From Malacoraja senta (lineage: Eukaryota): DNA of 64,000 nucleotides. The DNA lies in the NCBI GenBank assembly GCA_038087875.1, contig JAXLNO010000041.1, positions 62,001 through 126,000 on the forward strand, read 5' to 3'. The notes under the pieces are model-generated. The model was not told the origin of the DNA and did no database searches. It saw only the letters and a list, made by a program, of their open reading frames with translations. How positions within the stretch are numbered: position 1 is the stretch's first letter; each line of letters opens with the position of its first letter. A program made the translations under genes and the position numbers. This document shows, one piece after another, positions 1 to 8,440 of this stretch.

Positions 1-146
1 TTTGCTCCGCGCCGACAGGATGTGACGCTGTCACGAATAAGCCAATGAACGAAGAGCCTAGACCACAGCTCTTTCACAATATCAGATTAAACCTGTTTCC
101 GGGTGAGCGCATTTCAGTTCATATTCACTCTCAATGCAATTACAAC

Positions 147-1003
147 ATGCTGGCCTTGACAATGTATTGGCTTCTTACAGCTGCAGCTCTCTTAACCGGT
201 AAGTTCACGAGGTTTCCAATAATGTAGGGCATGATATTTAAGCAACCAAATACCTTGAATGCAACAGAACGACTTTAGAAAAGGAGTCCGTCTGAGGACA
301 GTAAACGATGAGCGCAGTAGGAAAAAAGATGCAGTTTCACAGTAATTGATGTTCGGAAATTTGAGGTGAGTTTCCAGGTTAATTGTTGGAAAGCAGCCCC
401 GACGGAGAAGCATCGAAGCGTTAGAACACACCGGTGGTCCCCGTACGAATGCTCTACGATTCCCCTTTTCCTCCCCGGAAGCAATAACGTCGTCCAGTAC
501 GATGAAACGGATTGGTTTATCTTTAAAGATAAATTACTCGGTAATTCCCAGCGCCTTTCCGCCCATCGTTATTTAGCTTTTAGGGGAGGGGTATGTTTGA
601 TGTCATTGTACCTCATATCAGTATGAGGATGAGGGGTATTCTGAAGTATGAGCTGAGCTAGGTTATATTGTGTTATTAATCCCCGGACTCTTGCAGGGAA
701 TTGTCGAGGCGACGCCGTTTCTCAGACACCGGCAGCGGTTACAGTGAGTGAAGGGGATGATACAAAATTGAGCTGCAAATATACAGCTACAAGCACGGTA
801 TCCCCTGGACTAATCTGGTACCGTCAGTATGCCGGCGGATGCCTTGAGTTTCTGCTGCTCAGAACGAAAATCGAAGCCGCCCAGAAGAACAGTGCCGGTG
901 AACGTTTTTCTGCGGAGCTCAACCATTCGACAGGAACGGTCCCGCTGACCGTGTCACAAACGCGGCTCCGAGACTCGGCGATGTATTACTGCGCACTGAA
1001 CCC
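147..1003 (+). CDS. TRAV: TCR alpha/delta V segment, lineage A (open; FR2 Cys)
   Basis: Leader exon 147-198 (MLALTMYWLLTAAALLT-G), GT..AG intron 199-696, V exon 697-1003 (NCRG/DAVSQTPAAV..C..WYRQ..YYCALNP), RSS 1004-1042. Alpha versus delta use cannot be settled without J/C. Confidence 0.88.
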
Positions 1004-1042
1004 CACGGTGGCGCAGTGGTGGGCTGAGCCTGCACAAAAACT
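1004..1042 (+). other. 23-bp-spacer recombination signal sequence (exemplar; repeated after nearly every A, A', D and E segment)
   Basis: CACGGTG 1004-1010 + 23-nt spacer GCGCAGTGGTGGGCTGAGCCTGC + ACAAAAACT 1034-1042, directly after YYCALN-CC. Matches the RAG consensus CACAGTG/ACAAAAACC with one mismatch each. Confidence 0.95.
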
Positions 1043-1628
1043 GCCAGTGCACCCACTCATGTATCACCGCGTCAGCGCAGCTTTGTCAGCATCGGCGCGT
1101 CCTCGTTGATTGCTGCACCGTTCCCAACGCCAGTGTGTTTACTGTCATTAATACTCGATTTTTAAATATTAAAAACCCATGACAATTGGGTTGAAGAATA
1201 GCTTCTAACAAACAAATATTAGGTTCTTGAACTCTACACAGCACTGAAAAATGAACTATGAAATGTCTTCGCTTGCATTAAGCACTTCATTCATCTTATG
1301 CACATGGACTAGGTTGTTAATTTATTGAATTTTGTTTATTGTATATTATACTTCAGGCCTTGCCCCTCCTGTGACGCCGTGGAACAGAAAACAAAGGAGG
1401 TTTGAAATGATTGGGCAACAAAAGCAATGACGTGATTGGCGGAATTAAGAAACTGAGTGAATTAGGGGAGTTGGAGAACAAATTAGCTCCGCGCCGACGG
1501 GATGTGACGCTGTCAAGAATAAGCCAACGAATGAAGAACCTAGACCACAGCCCTTTCACAATATCAGATTAAACCTGTTTCCGGGTGAGCGCATTTCAGT
1601 TCATATTCACTCTCAATGCAATTACAAC

Positions 1629-2460
1629 ATGCTGGCCGTGACAATTTATTGGCTTCTTACAGCTGCAGCTCTTTTAACGGGTAAGTACAAGACGTTTCCA
1701 AGCCTGAATATTATATTACTGTGGGGCATGGTATTTAATCAATAAAATGCCTTGCATGCAATGGAATGACTTTAGAAAGTGAGTCAGTGAGGGTACAATA
1801 AACGAAGAGTACAATAAGAATATAGATGCAGTTCCGACCAAAGTGCTGTAAGGATTTTGAGATGAGTTTCCAGGTATATTAGACCACGCTCGTGTTCTAA
1901 GGTCGTGCGCTCAGCAATTCCTCTCCTCCTCCCGAGATGCAATGATCACGAGCAGGTGGCGATGGAAAGGGGTGGATGATTTTTAAATATAGTTTCATTC
2001 GGTAATTCACAGCGCGTTTTCTCCCACCTTCATTTAGGTTTGAGTGCAGGGAGATCTTTGTTGCCGTTCTACCTCAGATCAGTACCAGGATAAGGTGAGC
2101 GTGAGCAGAATGCGGTGATATTCTTGTTTTTAACTTCGTTCCCGGACTCTTGCAGAGCATTGTCGAGGCGACGCCGTTTCTCAGACACCAGTAGTGGTAA
2201 CAATGAGCGAAGGGGATGATGCCCAGTTGAACTGCAACTATACAGCTACAAGCACGAACAATCTTGTATTAATGTGGTACCGGCAGTATCCCGGCGAATC
2301 CCTTCAATTTCTGGTTCAGAACGAAATTCGAAGCCGCCCAGAAGAACAGTGCTGGAGAACGTTTGGCTGCGGAGCTCAACCATTTGACAGGAACAGTCCC
2401 GCTGACTGTGTCGCAAACGCGGCTCCGAGACGCGGCGATGTATTACTGCGCCCTGAGTCC
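1629..2460 (+). pseudogene. TRAV: V pseudogene, lineage B (2-nt deletion in FR2/CDR2, aberrant RSS)
   Basis: Leader 1629-1680, V exon from 2156. CTG-GTT-C-AGA replaces CTG-CTG-CTC-AGA near 2314, shifting the frame (..QFLVQNEIRS..). Heptamer CACGGAG, 11-bp spacer. Same lesion in all B copies. Confidence 0.9.
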
Positions 2461-2534
2461 CACGGAGGCAGCGATTGTACATAAACTACCATTTCCGGAT
2501 TTCAGTTCATATTCACTCTCCATGTAATTGAAAC

Positions 2535-3235
2535 ATGCTGTCATTGACTATTTATTCGCTTCTTATAGCTGCAGCTCTCTTAACCGGTATGTTCACGACG
2601 TTTCCAAGCCTGTATATTATGTTACTTTAGGGCATGATATCTCATCAATCAAATACATTGAATGCAATGGAATCACGTTAGAAAGCCATTCAATGGGAGG
2701 ATAGTAAGTGAAGAGTACAAAGAGGAATATAGATGCAGTTCCTCAATAGGGATGTGAGGGGATTTGAGGCGTTTCCAGGTTAATAGCTGGAAACTGGCCC
2801 CGGCTGGGTAGAGTCCTGCAGTTGGAACACACCGGTGTTCTACGTAGGAGCGCTCTACGATTCCCCTTTTCCTTCCGGGACGCAATGATGACGAGCGGAG
2901 TGCGATGGAAAGGGTTGGATGATCTTTAAAGATAATTTCATTCGGTAATTGCCAGCGCCTACCCCCCACCTTTATGTAGCTTTTAGGGGAGGGGTATCAT
3001 TAATGCCATTGCACCTCGAATCAGTACCAGGATAGGGGGTATTTTCGAATATGAACACAGTAAGGTGATGTTCCGTTGTTTAACTTCGTCCCCGGATTCT
3101 TGCAGGGCATTGTCGAGGCGACGCCGTTTCTCAGACCCCAGCAATGATAACAGTGAGTGAAGGCGATGACGCACCGTTGAAGTGCAACTACACAGCTACA
3201 ATCACGAGCAATCTTGGACTAATCTGGTACCGTCA
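2535..3235 (+). pseudogene. TRAV: V pseudogene, lineage C (truncated after WYR by insertion; most of promoter deleted)
   Basis: Leader 2535-2586 (MLSLTIYSLLIAAALLT-G), V exon 3106-3235 ending at TGG TAC CGT CA, then non-V insertion. No FR3 and no RSS. Confidence 0.9.
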
Positions 3236-3236
3236 T

Positions 3237-3506
3237 GGCCCTGTCCCACGGTGCGAGTCCACCCACGTGTGATCCCGAGTTTAAAACAAATCAAACTCGT
3301 GGTAATCACGTAGCGGGAACGTCGGAACTCGTAACTCTAACGGCAGGTACTCGGGAAACTTGTTAACTCGTGAAAATCTTTCAACATGCTGAAAGATTTC
3401 CACGAGTCAGAGTTAAACTTGAAGTAAAAAAATTAAACTTTTAAACTCGTTGTAAGAACGTAGTAGCCCGTGAGTTTACCGTAGTGACTCGTGAGTCTAC
3501 CGTGGG
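3237..3506. mobile_element. Non-autonomous DNA transposon (MITE-like, possibly PIF/Harbinger-type) with damaged right end
   Basis: Starts GGCCCTGTCCCACGGT; inverted match ACCGTGGG at 3499-3506; many internal ACTCGT/ACGAGT motifs in both orientations; no coding capacity. Superfamily assignment is inference from terminal and subterminal motif style. Confidence 0.6.
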
Positions 3507-3513
3507 CACTCTT

Positions 3514-3654
3514 TAACTCAGCTGGACAGGCAGCATCTCTGCAGAGATGGAATGGGTGACGGGATGACGTTTCCAAAATTCTGCTGCGTCTTTGTGTTAC
3601 TCCAGCACTGTGTGTTCACTTTTTGTCAACCAGCATCTGCCCTTTCTTGTGTAT
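3514..3654. mobile_element. Remnant of an interspersed repeat of elasmobranch type (SINE-like or Penelope-derived)
   Basis: TAACTCAGC..GGACAGGCAGCATCTCTG..GAGA.GGAATGGGTGACG..GACGTTTC and GTTACTCCAGCACT..TGTG..AACCAGCATCTGC resemble a high-copy shark/ray repeat I recall. Not database-verified. Confidence 0.55.
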
Positions 3655-4108
3655 GACATTATTTGTATCCGTGGCAGTTGATTGTCGCTCAAATACCAGG
3701 CTTTTAAACACGGCAGAACACTAACCTATGAACTATGAACTGTCTTTCGGTGCACTTAGCAATTCAAGCTTTTTAATGCACATGGATTACGTTATTAATT
3801 TATTGTATTTTGTTTATTATTTATCATACTTCAGGCCTTGTCTCTCCTGTGACTTCATGAAACAGAAAACAAAGGAGGTTTGAGATGATTGGCAACTGAG
3901 AAGCAGTGAGTTGATTGGCGGAATTCAGCGAGTGAGGTAAGTCGGGGGGGTTGGAGAACACATTCGCTCTGTGCCGAGGGGATGTGCCGTCGTCAAAAAT
4001 AAACCAATGAATTGAGAACCTAGACCACAGCTCTTTCACAATATCCGATTAAACATATTTCCCGATGAGAACATTTCAGTTCATATTCACTCTCAAAGCA
4101 ATCACAAC

Positions 4109-4851
4109 ATGTTGACCGTGATTATTTATTCTCTTCTTGCAGCTGCAGCTCTCTTAACCGGTAGGTGCACGGCGTTTCCGACCCTGGATATTATATTACT
4201 ACGGGGCATGATATTTAATCAATCAACTAGTTTGAATGCAATAGAATGACTTAAGAAAGGGAGTCACACCCATGTTCTACGGACGAGTGCTGAAAGATTC
4301 TCTTTTCTCCCTCCCAAGACAGAATGATGACGAGCAGAGGGCAATGGAAAGGGTTACATGATCTTTAAAGACAATTTAATTCAGTAATTCCCAGTGCTTT
4401 CCCGCCACCTTGATGTGGGTTTTAGGGGAGAGTATTCTTTGCTGCCGTTGTGCCTCAGATCAGTATCAAGATATGCGGCATTTTCCAGTATCAACATATT
4501 GGGATAATGCAATGTAATTTAATTTCTTTCCCTGGCCCTTGCAGGACATTGTCGAGGCGATGCCGTTTCTCAGACACCAGTAGTGGAAACAGTAAATGAA
4601 GGGGATGATGCCCAGTTGAATTGCAACTATACAGCTACAAGCACGAGCGTCCATGGACTAATCTGGTACCGTCAGTATCCCGGCGGATCCCTTGAGTTTC
4701 TGCTGCTCAGAACGACATTCAAAGGCGGCCAGAAGAACAATGCCGGGGAACGTTTTTCTGCGGAGCTCAACCATTTGACAGGAACGGTCCCGCTGACCGT
4801 GTCACAAACGCGGCTCCGAGACTCGGCCATGTATTACTGCGCTCTGAACCC
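4109..4851 (+). CDS. TRAV: V segment lineage D, open frame but heptamer mutated to TACGGTG (probably non-rearranging)
   Basis: Leader 4109-4160, V exon 4545-4851 (CDR1 TSTSVHG, CDR2 TTFKGGQ), RSS 4852-4890 = TACGGTG/23/ACAAAAATT. Confidence 0.85.
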
Positions 4852-5463
4852 TACGGTGGCGCAGAATTGGGCTGAGCCTGTACAAAAATTATCTGAGAAC
4901 CCCGTCAGGAATCAGCGCGTAAGCGCAGCTTTGTCAGCATCGGCGCGTCCTCGTTGATTGCTGCACCCGTCCCAACGCCAGTGTGGTTGCTGCCATTAAT
5001 ACTCGATTTTTAAACATTAAAAACCCATGACAATTGAGTTGAAGAATAGCTTCTAACAAACAGACATTAGGTTCGTGAACACTCCACAGCACTAACAGAT
5101 GAACTATGAACTGTCTGTGGTTGCATTAAGCAGTTCATAACTTATCCACATGGACTAGGTTGTTAATTTATTGAATTGTGTTTATTATTTGTCATACTGC
5201 ATACTATGACGCCATGGGACAGAAAACAAAGGAGGTTTGAGATGATTGGGCATCAAAAGCAATGATGCGATTGGCGGAATTAAGAAACAATGTTAATTCG
5301 GGGAGTTGGAGAACAAATTAGGTCTTCGCTGATGGGACGTGACGCTGTCAAGAATAAGCCAATGAATAGAGAGCCGAGACCACAGCTCTTTCACAATATC
5401 AGATTAAACCTGTTTCCGTGTGAGACCATTTTGGTTCATATTCACTCTCAATGCAATTACAAC

Positions 5464-6334
5464 ATGCTGCCCGTGACAATTTATTGTCTTCTTGCAGCTG
5501 CAGCTCTCTTAACGGGTAAGTTCAGGACGTTTCGAAGCCTGTACATTATATTACTGTAGGGCATGGCATTTAATCAATGAAATACCCGGCATGCAATAGA
5601 ATGACTTTAGAATGGGAATCAGTGAGAGGACTAAACGAAGAGCACAATAAAAATATAGATGCAGTTCCACACAAAGTGATGTTAGGAAATTTGAGGTGAA
5701 TTCCCAGAAATATTGTTGGAAACCAGCGCCTATGGTGAAGCATCGGAGAGTTAGAATACTCCCTTGTGCTAAGTACTAGCGCTCAGCGATTCCTCTTCCC
5801 ATCTCGAGATCCAATGATGACGAGCAGATGGCGATGGAAAGGGGCGGATGATTTTTTAAAGATAATTTCATTCGGTTATTCACAGCCCCTTTCCCCCCCA
5901 TCTTTATTTAGCTTTTAGGGGAGGGAGATCTTTGTTGCCGTTCTACCTCAGATCAGTATAATCAATATGACTATGAGCAGAATGACGTGATGTTGTGTTT
6001 TCTAACCTCGTTCGCGGGCTCTTGCAGGATATTGTAGAGGCGACGCCGTTTCTCAGACACCAGTAGTGGTAACAGTGAGTGAAGGGGAAGATGCACAGTT
6101 GAACTGCAACTATACATCTGCAAGCACGAGCAATCTTCGACTAATCTGGTACCGTCAGTATCCCGGCGGATCCCTTGAGTTTCTGCTGCTCAGAACGAAA
6201 ATCGAAGCCGTCCAGAAGAACAATGCTGGAGAACGTTTTTCTGCGGAGCTCAACCATTCGACAGGAACGGTCCCGCTGACGATATCACAAACGCGGCTCC
6301 GAGACGCGGCAATGTATTACTGCGCCCTGAGCCC
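5464..6334 (+). CDS. TRAV: V segment lineage E (open; CDR1 ASTSNLR)
   Basis: Leader 5464-5515, V exon 6028-6334, RSS 6335-6373 CACGGTG/23/ACAAAAACT. Confidence 0.88.
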
Positions 6335-6703
6335 CACGGTGGCGCAGAATTGGGCTCAGCCTGCACAAAAACTACCAGCGCACTCAATCATGTATCACCG
6401 CGTAAACACAACTTTCTCAGCATCGGCGCGTCCTCGTTGATTGCTGCACCCGTCCCATCGCCAGTGTGTTTGCTGTCATTAATACTCGATTTTTAAATAT
6501 TAAAAAACCCATGACAATTGGGTTGAAGAATAGCTTCTAACAAACAAATATTAGGTTCTTGAACACTACACAGCACTAACAGAAGAACTATGAAATGTCT
6601 TCGGTTGCATTAAGCATTTCATGCATCTTATGCACATGGACTTGGTTGTTAATTTATTGAATTTTGTTTATTGTTTGTTATACTTCAGGCCTTGCCCCTC
6701 CTG

Positions 6704-6932
6704 TGACGCCATGGGACAGAAAAAAGGAGGGTTGAGATGATTGGCCAACAAAAGCAATGGTGTGATTGGCGGAATTAAGAAACTGAGTTAATTCGGGGAG
6801 TTGGAGAACAAATTAGCTCCGCGCCGACAGGATGTGACGCTGTCACGAATAAGCCAATGAATGAAGAGCCTAGACCACAGCTCTTTCACAATATCAGATT
6901 AAACCTGTTTCCGGGTGAGCGCATTTCAGTTC
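6704..6932 (+). promoter_or_regulatory. TATA-less V promoter module (exemplar, upstream of A at 6959; recurs before A, A', B, E, altered before D, mostly deleted before C)
   Basis: TGACG (CRE half-site) 6704-6708 and 6835-6839; inverted CCAAT (ATTGG) 6740-6744 and 6765-6769; CCAAT 6854-6858; RUNX-type ACCACA 6874-6879; ETS-type TTTCCGG 6908-6914; Inr-like TCAGTTC 6926-6932. Motif matches only, function inferred. Confidence 0.55.
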
Positions 6933-6958
6933 ATATTCACTCTCAATGCAATTACAAC

Positions 6959-7815
6959 ATGCTGGCCTTGACAATGTATCGGCTTCTTACAGCTGCAGCT
7001 CTCTTAACCGGTAAGTTCACGAGGTTTCCAATAATGTAGGGCATGATATTTAAGCAACCAAATACCTTGAATGCAACAGAACGACTTTAGAAAAGGAGTC
7101 CGTCTGAGGACAGTAAACGATGAGCGCAGTAGGATAAAAGATGCAGTTTCACAGTAATTGATGTTCGGAAATTTGAGGTGAGTTTCCAGGTTAATTGTTG
7201 GAAAGCAGCCCCGACGGAGAAGCATCGAAGCGTTAGAACACACCGGTGGTCCCCGTACGAATGCTCTACGATTCCCCTTTTCCTCCCCGGAAGCAATAAC
7301 AACGTCCAGTACGATGGAACGGGTTGGATTATCTTTAAAGATAAATTACTCGGTAATTCCCAGCGCCTTTCCGCCCATCGTTATTTAGCTTTTAGAGGAG
7401 GGGTATGTTTGATGTCATTGTACCTCATATCAGTATGAGGATGAGGGGTATTCTGAAGTATGAGCTGAGCTAGGTTATATTGTGTTATTAATCCCCGGAC
7501 TCTTGCAGGGAATTGTCGAGGCGACGCCGTTTCTCAGACACCGGCAGCGGTTACAGTGAGTGAAGGGGATGATACAAAATTGAGCTGCAAATATACAGCT
7601 ACAAGCACGGTATCCCCTGGACTAATCTGGTACCGTCAGTATGCCGGCGGATGCCTTGAGTTTCTGCTGCTCAGAACGAAAATCGAAGCCGCCCAGAAGA
7701 ACAGTGCCGGTGAACGTTTTTCTGCGGAGCTCAACCATTCGACAGGAACGGTCCCGCTGACCGTGTCACAAACGCGGCTCCGAGACTCGGCGATGTATTA
7801 CTGCGCACTGAACCC
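6959..7815 (+). CDS. TRAV: V segment lineage A (open; FR2 Cys)
   Basis: Leader from 6959, V exon 7509-7815, RSS 7816-7854. Confidence 0.88.
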
Positions 7816-8440
7816 CACGGTGGCGCAGTGGTGGGCTGAGCCTGCACAAAAACTGCCAGTGCACCCACTCATGTATCACCGCGTCAGCGCAGCTTTGTCA
7901 GCATCGGCGCGTCCTCGTTGATTGCTGCACCGTTCCCAACGCCAGTGTGTTTACTGTCATTAATACTCGATTTTTAAATATTAAAAACCCATGACAATTG
8001 GGTTGAAGAATAGCTTCTAACAAACAAATATTAGGTTCTTGAACTCTACACAGCACTGAAAAATGAACTATGAAATGTCTTCGCTTGCATTAAGCACTTC
8101 ATTCATCTTATGCACATGGACTAGGTTGTTAATTTATTGAATTTTGTTTATTGTATGTTATACTTCAGGCCTTGCCCCTCCTGTGACGCCGTGGAACAGA
8201 AAACAAAGGAGGTTTGAAATGATTGGGCAACAAAAGCAATGACGTGATTGGCGGAATTAAGAAACTGAGTGAATTAGGGGAGTTGGAGAACAAATTAGCT
8301 CCGCGCCGACGGGATGAGACGCTGTCAAGAATAAGCCAACGAATGAAGAACCTAGACCACAGCCCTTTCACAATATCAGATTAAACCTGTTTCCGGGTGA
8401 GCGCATTTCAGTTCATATTCACTCTCAATGCAATTACAAC

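Noticed and set aside
134-141. ATGCAATT and ATGCACAT (spacer) as Ig octamer promoters
   Set aside because: Each is one mismatch from ATGCAAAT. The first lies in the presumed 5' UTR, and no TATA box accompanies either.
45-227. MNEEPRPQ../MLIRGV.. ORFs as genes or N-terminally extended leaders
   Set aside because: They are promoter DNA in frame with the true leader. The ATG overlaps the CCAAT box upstream of the Inr-like site, and the ORF runs past the GT donor into the intron.
192-626. Recurrent short ORFs in introns and spacers on both strands (MCSNAS.., MLLLPG.., MSFQVN.., MKGLWS.., MGGRRW.., MRHRLH..)
   Set aside because: They lie inside leader introns or promoter spacers, show no recognisable domain, and recur only because the DNA unit is duplicated.
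794-800. CACGGTA heptamer-like motif inside CDR1 of A
   Set aside because: No nonamer at either spacing; a lone heptamer is expected by chance in this composition.
3247-3253. Perfect CACGGTG heptamer in the inserted element just after the truncated C exon (cryptic RSS or RAG-transposon-like end)
   Set aside because: There is no nonamer at 12 or 23 spacing (23-bp position reads GAGTTTAAA). The CAC is internal to the element end rather than terminal, so it is unlike Transib/ProtoRAG termini.
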